Of a stretch of DNA of 64,000 nt, positions 1 to 9,826 are shown one piece after another (the stretch's first letter is position 1; each line of letters starts with the position of its first letter). A model generated the notes under the pieces. That model worked only from the letters and a program-made list of their open reading frames with translations, was not told the origin of the DNA and ran no database searches. Position numbers and translations under genes: made by a program. Source of the stretch: Hyaloraphidium curvatum SAG 235-1 (Eukaryota; Fungi; Monoblepharomycota); assembly GCA_025558095.1 (NCBI GenBank), contig JAIVFI010000002.1, positions 682,001 to 746,000 of the forward strand, written 5' to 3'.

Positions 1-207
1 CAGTTGACTCGCGGTTGACTCGCGGTTGGCTCGCGGTTGACTCGCAAGTGACTCGCGAGTCACTCGCGAGTCGCTCGCAAGTCACTCGCGAGCGACTTGC
101 GATGCACTCGCGAGTTGCCTGCGCTTCGCACCATATAAGCGGCGGACCACAGGAGGCCGCGGCCGCGGACTACGCACCCAACGTCGACCTCGCCGCTACC
201 GTCTCCC

Positions 208-1473
208 ATGGCGACCCCCACGACTGCCGGCCACAACCTGCGGCCCCGCCGGCCGCATGTGGCCACGGCGCCGCCGCCGGCGACTGCGCCCGTCGCTGCG
301 TTGCCTGGCGTCGTACCCCCGGACTATCGGTCGGCGCTTGCCTCCCTCTCGACCCGGCTGGACGACCTCCGGGCCGACCTCGACGTCAGACACTCCCAGA
401 CGACGGCCCACTTGCACAAGGTCGAGCAGGCCGCCTTCTCCGCGGTCATGCCCATCCGCGCAGCCCTCGACGCACTCCACCCGGTGCTCAACACCCTCGT
501 CAATGTCGGCAACCTGGAGCAGCACGCTCTTGACCGCGTAACGGCGACGCTCGAGCAGCAAGAGGCCCGCCTGGACGCCCAGATCCGCCAGCAGCGTGAC
601 GAGCTCCAGGTGGTCCTCAGTGGCCGCCACCGCGAACTTGAGTTCGCCGTCACCGCCTTGCGCCGGACCGACGACGCTCGTCTCGGTGCCATCGAGACGC
701 AGCTCGACCGGCTTGCGTTGGTGCTCGAGGCTCAACGTCAGAACTTCAACGGCATTCTCCTGGTGGACGAAGCTACCATCGAGGAGTTGAGGGAGTTCGG
801 CTCTTCCCTCGCCGGGCTGGTTGCTCAGACCGGGACCAACCTCGAAACCACCATCGAGACCGTCGTCGAGACCAATCTCGCCCGTCACAACAATGGCCCC
901 ATGGCGGAGTTTGCGGCCGACCTCAAGAGCGTCCTGGCGGCCCATCTGCAGCGATTTGGGTCGGAGCAGCACAAGCAGCTCATGCTTTCAGCTCAAGACC
1001 ACACCACGCTCCTCACGGCCGGCCTGAACGCGCAGCGCGAGCACTTCACCAAGACCGCCGACGAGCAACGGGCCCTCCTGCGTCGCTTCCTCGGCAATCA
1101 AGTGGCTCCCCTGGCGGGGCAAACGACGCCCGCCGTGGTCACCTCCACGCCGGTCGGCCGCGTCAAGGACGAGGACCTCGTCACCTCCGACGATGAGGCT
1201 GGGGATATGCAACCTCCAGCTCCTCGCCCCGAGAGCGTGTCCAGCAGCGACGCCTCCTCCATCGTCTCGCAGGACGACGGCCTCTTGGCCGCCCTGTACG
1301 ACGACATCCCGGCCGCTCCCTACAAGTCGACCATGCCCCCGGTCTACACCCCCTCGGCCGCGGACGGCTCAGCCGTGCATGCCGCCTTCGCTCTCGGCTT
1401 TACCCGCCGGCTCCGCGCCCCGCCGCCGAGCGACGACGAGGCGGACGCCGACGTCGACTTTGAGGACGCCTAA
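208..1473 (+). CDS. Family A accessory sense ORF, 421 aa, coiled-coil with acidic/Ser-rich tail (copy 1)
   Basis: Intact ATG-to-TAA ORF, conserved in three copies with one T/A difference. TATA-like CATATAA lies about 70 nt upstream. Heptad-rich, with no signal peptide or TM segment. Confidence 0.8.
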   Translation: MATPTTAGHNLRPRRPHVATAPPPATAPVAALPGVVPPDYRSALASLSTRLDDLRADLDVRHSQTTAHLHKVEQAAFSAVMPIRAALDALHPVLNTLVNVGNLEQHALDRVTATLEQQEARLDAQIRQQRDELQVVLSGRHRELEFAVTALRRTDDARLGAIETQLDRLALVLEAQRQNFNGILLVDEATIEELREFGSSLAGLVAQTGTNLETTIETVVETNLARHNNGPMAEFAADLKSVLAAHLQRFGSEQHKQLMLSAQDHTTLLTAGLNAQREHFTKTADEQRALLRRFLGNQVAPLAGQTTPAVVTSTPVGRVKDEDLVTSDDEAGDMQPPAPRPESVSSSDASSIVSQDDGLLAALYDDIPAAPYKSTMPPVYTPSAADGSAVHAAFALGFTRRLRAPPPSDDEADADVDFEDA

Positions 1474-1615
1474 GCCACCCTTCGGCCCTACACTCTCCAA
1501 CATCTGTTGTCTCCACCTCGGCCTTCAACATCTTCTACTGCAAGCATGACGTCACTCCGCGGAGGATCTTCGATTTCGTGGCGCCGAGGGCGGCGCCTTC
1601 TTTTGGGTGGGGGCG

Positions 1616-2047
1616 TGCGAAGGTACAGGACGTCTGACATTCGGACAAGGGTATTTTCATTTTCGGTTCGGAGGCGTGGAGGCGTCGGTCCTCGCGATCG
1701 ACTCGTGATCGACTCGCGATCGACTCGCGAGTGACTCGGCACAGCCACCCTCCTGGGATATATAAAGAGCGGGACATGTAACAGTACAATCTTGATCGCC
1801 AGTTGACTCTACGTGCTCTCCGTGTCGTTCGACCACCGTGCGGAACCCCGCCCGGCCGGATCCTCGTTCTGAGAGCCCTTGGGACGCACCCCGGGAGACA
1901 TCCCGTAACCTCTTTCCCCCGGCTACAGTCAAGTATCTTCAGCGCTGTTCGCTTATTCATATTCAGGGCCTATCCGACCCGAAGAGCCGAGCGGGATTCG
2001 CGCGCCGGGTTAGAGCTTCAGGCCCGGTTCCGACCCGGACCGTCGCA
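1616..2047 (+). repeat. Family A LTR (432 bp), 3' LTR of copy 1
   Basis: Termini TGCGAAGGT...ACCGTCGCA (TG..CA imperfect inverted repeat). Preceded by a G-rich PPT (GGGTGGGGGCG). Contains the 11-bp repeat array and GATATATAAA. Confidence 0.95.
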
Positions 2048-4173
2048 ACATCCCTGCCTTTTGGCCCCCAAACCCTCCCGACCCCTTGCCTTTTTCTTCT
2101 TTTTCTGGGGGGGGACGGGCGCCCGGATTCCTCTCCGGGAGTGATCTCGGTCAGACTTCCCGTTCTTCGTCAACCCCAGTCACCGAGTCAGACTCGGGAC
2201 GAGCTACTGCGGGTTCCTCAGTCAATTGTGAATCAATGGAGCGAGTGCTGTCTGGCACGGAGTTCCCGGCCACGGTTGCCGCAGTGGAGGGAACCCTGTG
2301 GAGCGATCCGGGGACCCTGCCCGAGGCTGCGGCACCGGAGACGCAGATCCTCCTGCCGATCCCAACGACGAACGCACAGGTCGACCCGGCAGACGTGCCT
2401 GAGCGAGACCTGGCGTTCCTTCATCCGGCACTGCTTGAGGTGCTACCCGATGTCGGGGGCATCAGTGCTATTGACCTTGCCGACGTCAGATCCCGGGATG
2501 CCTTGCGCAAAGTGCAAGAAGCCGACGTCGAGACCAGCGCGCTGATCCGCTTCGTGCGAGACGGGGAGCTCCCTCCCAACGTGAATCTGGCCAAATTCTG
2601 CAAGAAGTACGGCGAGCAGTACTTCCTCGCTACGGACGGCGTGCTCTGCCGGCGCGATGTACTCGCGACTGGTACCCGTCGTATCCCGGTCACCCAGCTC
2701 GTGATACCGCACGAGCTGAGGGAGGCCTACCTGCAACGTGCGCACGACGATCCCCTGAGCGGGCACGTCGGGCGACACCGGGCGTACAGCAATCTGCGGC
2801 GCCGCGTATATTGGGTCGGCATGGCGCACGACGTTCGCCGCTGGACGCGAGCCTGCCTTACATGCATGACCCGGAAGATGCCTTCGGTATCGAACCAGGG
2901 CTTACTGAAATCGGTTCCTCTCACAGGTCCCAACGAGGACATCTACATCGACTACATCGGCGAGATCAATCCGGCCACGCCCCGCGGCAACAAGTACCTT
3001 CTCGTCGTCTACGATCCGTTCACTAAATGGGTCGCGGCGTATCCGACTCCGGACCTCTCTGGGCCGACGACGGCGAAGCTGCTCTATACGCGATGGATTC
3101 TCGAGCACGGTCTTCCGAAGCGGATTCACCACGACAACGCCTCGAACCTGGACAACCATTACATGGAGTACCTGCTCAAGCTACTCGGCATCAACCGGGG
3201 CCTGGTCACGGTTGGGCATCCCAGGGCTTCCCTCGCGGAGCGCCCGAACCGGTGGATCATCGACGCCCTGAGCGCAGCGGTCTCCAAGAACTACCAGACA
3301 TGGGACGAGGACATCGTGGGGGTCATCTTTGCCTTCCGGACCTCCATCCACGCGACGACCGGCGAAACTCCGTTCTTTCTGATGCATGGTCGGGATGCTC
3401 GTATTCCGCTCGACCTACTTTACGACGAGACCGAGATTCGCGAGCCAGTGCACCTGCGGGCCAGCGACGAGGAGGACAAGAAGACAGAGGATGAGCGCCG
3501 GCGGACCTACGTCGTGGAGCTCGTGGCGCAGCTTCGTGCGGCCTACGACCTGGTGGCCGAGAAGATGGCCGCAGCGGCGGAGACTCGGAACGCCAAGGCC
3601 AACGCTACCCGGCTTCCGATTACCTTCCGCCCCGGCGACCTCGTGCTCATCTGGGGACCAGAACGACCGCGCAAGGGCGAGCCGGGCAAGTTCGTCTCTC
3701 GTTATCTTGGGCCCTACCGCATCGAGGAGTCAGGCCACACCGAGCTCACCTGGAAGTGTAGACACGTCTACGAGACCGACCACGTCACCACTGTGCATGT
3801 GGACCGGCTGGCGCGCTACAAGCCTTGGGAGTCGGCCACCTTCAACGCGCGCTCGTGGAACGCACGCGCCCCGGAGCTCGCCGCCGGTGAAGAGCTCGAT
3901 CTCTCGGAACCGGTGAACGAGTTCGAAGAGGAAATCGAGGTCGAGAACGCGCTTGGGAACGAGCAGGAGTACACCGTCGAGGACATCGTCGGCCACGAGG
4001 GCCAGGGTCACGGACTCAAGTTCGAGGTCAAGTGGCGGGGCTTCGCTCGCACGACCAAGCTCCCTCTGGACATGTTGCACGGCGCCATAGGGATCGTCCG
4101 CGCCTATGCCGATCGCGTTGGTCTCCAGCTCCCGACGGGTCTCCCCAGGCGCATGCGGACTCGGCGTCGCTAG
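2048..4173 (+). pseudogene. pol: Interrupted pol 3' part: RNaseH-IN linker, integrase (HHCC, DDE, GPY/F) and chromodomain
   Basis: AHDDPLSGH..CLTC zinc motif; IDYIG / HDNAS / AERPNR catalytic triad; YLGPYRI; YTVEDIV..FEVKWRGF chromodomain. The 5' side is replaced by the copy 1 LTR. Confidence 0.92.
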
Positions 4174-4243
4174 TAACACCAACGACGTCTATCCGGTCAC
4201 AGCACTACCATCTCTGTGCTCCGATCCCCGGCTTTTCACTGAC

Positions 4244-5229
4244 TCAAACCCGACGTACTACCTCGAGCCTATCCTCGACCCCCTCGAACGCCAACTTGTG
4301 ATACCCGGACTGAAAATGCGTGTTCAGATTGCCCAGGAGGCCCTTAGCCTTGTGCTTTACCAGATGGCACCACGGGAACGAGCATACCGCCACTTCGCCC
4401 TTGGTGGGGCTCCGGTACAGTTCGCCGGCGTACGTTCCGGCAATCTTCCATCGGAGGAAGGAGCCTGCCGGCACGGCATCAGGGACCTTCTTCGTCACCC
4501 GTTCCGCCTTCAAGCCCCAGACCGGCGACGACTTCTTCATCTGGCACATTCAGTGACGATCAGCGCTTGTGGGGCGTACTCCCGTCGAGCCGTTCACCTG
4601 CGCAATCTGCTCCCGGGCCTCCCCGCGCTGCACCACATGCCCCTCGTCTTTACCTGAAGTTGCCGTTTGGGCCGTCTGGAAGGCGCTCCCTTGTTCAGTG
4701 GCGGCCTCGAAGTCGCCTAAGTGGTCCAGCTCCCAAGAGGGCGCATGAAGCGTGACTGACAGCACGGGGACTTCGTCGGCCGCCTCGAGCTCCTCCCTCG
4801 AGTCCGCCGCCGACTCGCCCTCGCCGACGGAAGGCGCACCCTTCGACGACATCGCCGGCAGGAAGACGCCGGAGGTCCGGGTTGCGGCCGCGGCCGCGAT
4901 CGGGTCGTTGCCTCTGGCCCCGCCAGCCTCGCGCAGCTTGGCGGTCCCGCCGGCCTCGCGCAGCTCGGCGACGAGCCGACGGAGCACTCGGACCTCGACA
5001 ACGACGTTCCCAGCCTCTTCGGCCAGCGGCAACATCCCGCGCATGGCGGCCAGACGCACCAGTTGCAGGAAGCAGTCGACCACGTCGTCCTCCTGGCGCG
5101 GCGCTGAGCTCCCGTTCGAGGACCACGCCGCTACGCTCTTACCTTGGTGCACAGCAGGACGTCGAAGGTCGGCAACCGAACCTCGAACCACGAACTCGGC
5201 GGGACGACGTTCGGCAGCTCCGCACTCAT
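4244..5229 (-). CDS. Family A spliced antisense accessory gene (copy 2), about 292 aa with C-terminal BED-like zinc finger; exons 5229-5143, 5092-4598, 4540-4244
   Basis: Mirror image of 14362-15347. Two GT-AG introns (50 and 57 nt) join three reading frames in phase 0. Confidence 0.72.
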
Positions 5230-5368
5230 GACAGGCGCGGAGATCCCCCCAGCTCTTCTGGACCCTACGTCGCGATCCCCCGCGAGCGCTTTCGTCGACG
5301 CAATGGCGTACGGCCCTCGCTCGCGCCCCGTCCCCCGTGGCGGGGACTGGTGACCCGGTGTGCGGGCG

Positions 5369-5530
5369 AACTCGCGGTCGACTCGACTCGCAGTTGACTC
5401 GCGGTTGACTCGCGGTTGGCTCGCGGTTGACTCGCAAGTGACTCGCGAGTCACTCGCGAGTCGCTCGCAAGTCACTCGCGAGCGACTTGCGATGCACTCG
5501 CGAGTTGCCTGCGCTTCGCACCATATAAGC
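5369..5530. promoter_or_regulatory. Internal array of about 12 x 11-bp repeats (GACTCGCGAGT-like) plus TATA; putative bidirectional internal promoter
   Basis: Same repeat unit as LTR U3. CATATAA at about 5522-5528. Lies between the divergent ATGs at 5229 (-) and 5598 (+). Confidence 0.7.
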
Positions 5531-5597
5531 GGCGGACCACAGGAGGCCGCGGCCGCGGACTACGCACCCAACGTCGACCTCGCCGCTACCGTCTCCC

Positions 5598-6863
5598 ATG
5601 GCGACCCCCACGACTGCCGGCCACAACCTGCGGCCCCGCCGGCCGCATGTGGCCACGGCGCCGCCGCCGGCGACTGCGCCCGTCGCTGCGTTGCCTGGCG
5701 TCGTACCCCCGGACTATCGGTCGGCGCTTGCCTCCCTCTCGACCCGGCTGGACGACCTCCGGGCCGACCTCGACGTCAGACACTCCCAGACGACGGCCCA
5801 CTTGCACAAGGTCGAGCAGGCCGCCTTCTCCGCGGTCATGCCCATCCGCGCAGCCCTCGACGCACTCCACCCGGTGCTCAACACCCTCGTCAATGTCGGC
5901 AACCTGGAGCAGCACGCTCTTGACCGCGTAACGGCGACGCTCGAGCAGCAAGAGGCCCGCCTGGACGCCCAGATCCGCCAGCAGCGTGACGAGCTCCAGG
6001 TGGTCCTCAGTGGCCGCCACCGCGAACTTGAGTTCGCCGTCACCGCCTTGCGCCGGACCGACGACGCTCGTCTCGGTGCCATCGAGACGCAGCTCGACCG
6101 GCTTGCGTTGGTGCTCGAGGCTCAACGTCAGAACTTCAACGGCATTCTCCTGGTGGACGAAGCTACCATCGAGGAGTTGAGGGAGTTCGGCTCTTCCCTC
6201 GCCGGGCTGGTTGCTCAGACCGGGGCCAACCTCGAAACCACCATCGAGACCGTCGTCGAGACCAATCTCGCCCGTCACAACAATGGCCCCATGGCGGAGT
6301 TTGCGGCCGACCTCAAGAGCGTCCTGGCGGCCCATCTGCAGCGATTTGGGTCGGAGCAGCACAAGCAGCTCATGCTTTCAGCTCAAGACCACACCACGCT
6401 CCTCACGGCCGGCCTGAACGCGCAGCGCGAGCACTTCACCAAGACCGCCGACGAGCAACGGGCCCTCCTGCGTCGCTTCCTCGGCAATCAAGTGGCTCCC
6501 CTGGCGGGGCAAACGACGCCCGCCGTGGTCACCTCCACGCCGGTCGGCCGCGTCAAGGACGAGGACCTCGTCACCTCCGACGATGAGGCTGGGGATATGC
6601 AACCTCCAGCTCCTCGCCCCGAGAGCGTGTCCAGCAGCGACGCCTCCTCCATCGTCTCGCAGGACGACGGCCTCTTGGCCGCCCTGTACGACGACATCCC
6701 GGCCGCTCCCTACAAGTCGACCATGCCCCCGGTCTACACCCCCTCGGCCGCGGACGGCTCAGCCGTGCATGCCGCCTTCGCTCTCGGCTTTACCCGCCGG
6801 CTCCGCGCCCCGCCGCCGAGCGACGACGAGGCGGACGCCGACGTCGACTTTGAGGACGCCTAA
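5598..6863 (+). CDS. Family A accessory sense ORF, 421 aa (copy 2)
   Basis: Same ORF as 208-1473 and 12728-13993. Confidence 0.8.
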   Translation: MATPTTAGHNLRPRRPHVATAPPPATAPVAALPGVVPPDYRSALASLSTRLDDLRADLDVRHSQTTAHLHKVEQAAFSAVMPIRAALDALHPVLNTLVNVGNLEQHALDRVTATLEQQEARLDAQIRQQRDELQVVLSGRHRELEFAVTALRRTDDARLGAIETQLDRLALVLEAQRQNFNGILLVDEATIEELREFGSSLAGLVAQTGANLETTIETVVETNLARHNNGPMAEFAADLKSVLAAHLQRFGSEQHKQLMLSAQDHTTLLTAGLNAQREHFTKTADEQRALLRRFLGNQVAPLAGQTTPAVVTSTPVGRVKDEDLVTSDDEAGDMQPPAPRPESVSSSDASSIVSQDDGLLAALYDDIPAAPYKSTMPPVYTPSAADGSAVHAAFALGFTRRLRAPPPSDDEADADVDFEDA

Positions 6864-7005
6864 GCCACCCTTCGGTCCTACACTCTCCAACATCTGTTGT
6901 CTCCACCTCGGCCTTCAACATCTTCTACTGCAAGCGTGACGTCACTCCGCGGAGGATCTTCGATTTCGTGGCGCCGAGGGCGGCGCCTTCTTTTGGGTGG
7001 GGGCG

Positions 7006-7492
7006 TGCGAAGGTACAGGACGTCTGACATTCGGACAAGGGTATTTTCATTTTCGGTTCGGAGGCGTGGAGGCGTCGGTCCTCGCGATCGACTCGTGATC
7101 GACTCGTGATCGACTCGCGATCGACTCGCGAGTGACTCGCGAGTCACTCGCGAGCGACTCGCGAGCGACTCGCAAGTGACTCGGCACAGCCACCCTCCTG
7201 GGATATATAAAGAGCGGGACATGTAACAGTACAATCTTGATCGCCAGTTGACTCTACGTGCTCTCCGTGTCGTTCGACCACCGTGCGGAACCCCGCCCGG
7301 CCGGATCCTCGTTCTGAGAGCCCTTGGGACGCACCCCGGGAGACATCCCGTAACCTCTTTCCCCCGGCTACAGTCAAGTATCTTCAGCGCTGTTCGCTTA
7401 TTCATATTCAGGGCCTATCCGACCCGAAGAGCCGAGCGGGATTCGCGCGCCGGGTTAGAGCTTCAGGCCCGGTTCCGACCCGGACCGTCGCA
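7006..7492 (+). repeat. Family A LTR (487 bp), 3' LTR of copy 2
   Basis: TGCGA...TCGCA termini; PPT at about 6995-7005; about 9 units of the 11-bp repeat. Confidence 0.95.
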
Positions 7493-7677
7493 CACGCAGG
7501 CAATCGGCACCACACAGGCAAATATCGCCACACAGGCGGAAACGCGCCACACAGGCGATCGGCGCCACACAGGCGATCGGCGCCACACAGGCGAAGATGC
7601 GCCACACAGGCGAAGATGCACCACACAGGCAAGGATGCGCCACACAGGCGAGGATGCGCCACACAGGCGGAGAACAT
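7493..7677. repeat. Minisatellite, about 10 units of 18-19 bp (CACACAGGCGATCGGCGC-like)
   Basis: The CAC(A/G)CAGGC core recurs every 18-19 nt. Many unit variants are CG to CA/TG changes. Confidence 0.9.
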
Positions 7678-7689
7678 AGACGTACCATG

Positions 7690-8915
7690 CACCCCATGAG
7701 CCTGATCCTCAGCAATCATCGCATATTCCGGCGGTCTGTAAGGGCAATCTCGAGCAAGATGATCCGTCCCATAGCACACGTAACACTTGCGTCCTCCCGG
7801 TCCTCCCGGAAGCTGAGTGCGCTCGGTTTGCTGAGGTAGTGTGGGTGTTTGGATAGCAGGTCTGGGAACGGGCTGCGAGACCGGCGGGACGCCCATCCAC
7901 GACCACGTGCAGGCGCATAAGGGGCACCGCGCGTTTGGTACAGGCCTCGCGGGGGCGCACGCGAGGGAGGCTGCCCCTGTTGGGTCACGTAAGTAGGATG
8001 GTGGGCGACCGGGCGTCCATAAGTCGTGTGTCCGATCGAGTAAGGCTGATAACGCATCTGCGGATGGTACTGAGGACAACTGAGGATGCCACCACCATGG
8101 AGAGCTTGTTGGGGCAGCTGATAGGCAGCGAAGCCGGGTCCGAATCCAGCAGGGGGCGGGAGCGTCGCCGGAGCTGTCATCTTGACAGGTGCATGCGGCA
8201 TCTTGTTTCCTTGGGCTGTGTTAGCCGCATCCCGTATGCCATTGAAGGAGAATGTTATACTCTCGCTCTTGCCGTCTTCGTCAAAGTGCCCGTCCTCGTC
8301 AACGACTCGGCCCCAGAATCCTTGGAGTTCCGCGAACGGGAAACCTTCGGTGAACATCACCATCAGAGCCACGTCGTTCTGAGAGTGGTTTCTTGTGCGC
8401 AAGTCTCTCTGACTTGATGCTCAGCAGCTCGTTGAAGTTTTGGTCCACAGTCTTTGAAGCGTCCCACTGCCACTTGTTTACGCGGACTTGGGACGCGTGT
8501 ACCAAGCGCGCCTTTCCAACTTTGAACTTCTTGTGAATCGCGATCCAGAGGTCGTAAGCCGTCTTGCGCTCGTCGAATGCTTCCTGGAGGACGTCGTCGA
8601 GCATCAACATGAGCTCGCCGTAGGCCTTTTTGGCCGTCGTCCTGAACTTGTGTTCCGTGAGGATCGAGTGCACGGCCTTCTCTTCCTCGGCAAGGATGGT
8701 CTGCCTCTGCCGGTCTGTGCTTTCTGGAGCGGCGCTGCGCTCAGCAGCCCTCTTGCGGGCCTGCTCGAGCTGCCAGTCGATGCTGAGGACGTTGTTGACG
8801 ACCTACTCGTACACCCCGAGCTTGTTGAGGTAGATGGGGGCCTTGCGGTCCCACTGGACCATGTTTTCACCGGTGTTGAGCAGGATAGGCTTGTGGGCAT
8901 CGTTGGCTGTCATCC
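7690..8915 (-). pseudogene. gag: Degenerate Ty1/Copia-like gag
   Basis: Pieces LNTGENMVQW...IYL, KTAYDLWIAIHKKF (Copia gag/UBN2-like) and the zinc knuckle CYVCYGTDHLARDC. There is an in-frame TAG near 8805 and at least two frameshifts. Confidence 0.7.
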
Positions 8916-9081
8916 TGTCGCGGGCAGGCTTCCAGGGGTAGCAGGCACGTGTCAGAGCAGGTGAGACTCTTAATCCTTTGTGCCCCTGGTTGCAGGCGCC
9001 CAGAGACAGGTGCGGATGAGGCAGGTGGTGTTCCTAGTGTTTGTTGTGTCATTTTCCTCTCCCTAGAGCCGCCCTCCTAGG

Positions 9082-9675
9082 TTATTGTCTAGCCAAGATC
9101 CACCCATCCATCCAAGTCCAACATCCAACTCCAGGACCAACTCCAACTCGATCCAACGGCTCCAAACACATCCATCCATCCCCAGCAACATACTCTTCCC
9201 CGTCTACTTTGCCCTCTTCGTGTTCTTCTACCTCGTTGTCCTCTTCCTCGACGCCGACTTCCCCATCCTCGGCGCCTTCCGCCGATGGGTGTCCGGGAGT
9301 GGGCGATGGCATGAAGGTCGCTCGACGGCGTTCAGTGGCGTTCAGAGACGCCGAAACGGAGTTGGGCTTCCTACCCTTGGCGGGCGACTGCACAATTCGT
9401 TGTGCGGATGCGATGCCAAGATTGGCCTTCGGTACCAGCGGAGCAGCTGAACCTAGAATCTGGGAGCGCCACGATGCCGGGCCTGGGGTGACCATAGCCG
9501 GGGTCACCCGCTTCTTCCGCGGCTCGGGTATCAATGGCTCCGCGTCCTCTTGCTCGAGAGCGGCCATTTTGCGCTTAAGCACCTTGATCTTCAGTGCCCG
9601 ATTGACCTCCCGCATGCGGCGTTCGAGTTCGCCATCGGAGAGGTCTTCCAGCGGTGTCGGGTCGTCGGCCGACAT
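9082..9675 (-). CDS. Hypothetical 197-aa ORF (short coiled-coil, acidic tail), possibly TE-derived
   Basis: ATG-initiated ORF with plausible coding composition; no family recognised. Confidence 0.3.
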   Translation of the reverse strand: MSADDPTPLEDLSDGELERRMREVNRALKIKVLKRKMAALEQEDAEPLIPEPRKKRVTPAMVTPGPASWRSQILGSAAPLVPKANLGIASAQRIVQSPAKGRKPNSVSASLNATERRRATFMPSPTPGHPSAEGAEDGEVGVEEEDNEVEEHEEGKVDGEEYVAGDGWMCLEPLDRVGVGPGVGCWTWMDGWILARQ

Positions 9676-9826
9676 GCCTTAAGCCATGCTCTGGCTACGA
9701 ATGACAATATGAGATTCATATCGTCCCGTGAAGGGAGGAGATGTCACCTGTGCAGTCAGGTCGCGCTATACGGTCGAGGACCCGAAAAGAGCACGCCTTG
9801 AGCAGACTGCAGAGCATACCACATGG

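Larger units (their letters stand above)
1..2047 (+). mobile_element. Family A Ty3/Gypsy element, copy 1 (3' end only: internal repeat array, 421-aa ORF, PPT, 3' LTR), apparently inserted into pol of copy 2
   Basis: Near-identical to 5391-7492 (offset 5390). The LTR ends ...ACCGTCGCA at 2047 and is followed directly by mid-pol sequence ACATCCCTGCC, which in the full copy is preceded by ATCTTGG. Confidence 0.92.
2048..7492 (+). mobile_element. Family A element, copy 2 (3' half: integrase-chromodomain, accessory region, 3' LTR)
   Basis: Reverse complement of about 12088-17543, with only a few SNPs and an LTR repeat-number difference. Confidence 0.93.

Noticed and set aside
5369-5505. 11-bp arrays and the 7493-7677 minisatellite as CRISPR arrays
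   Set aside because: Units are directly tandem with no unique spacers, there are no cas genes, and the context is eukaryotic.
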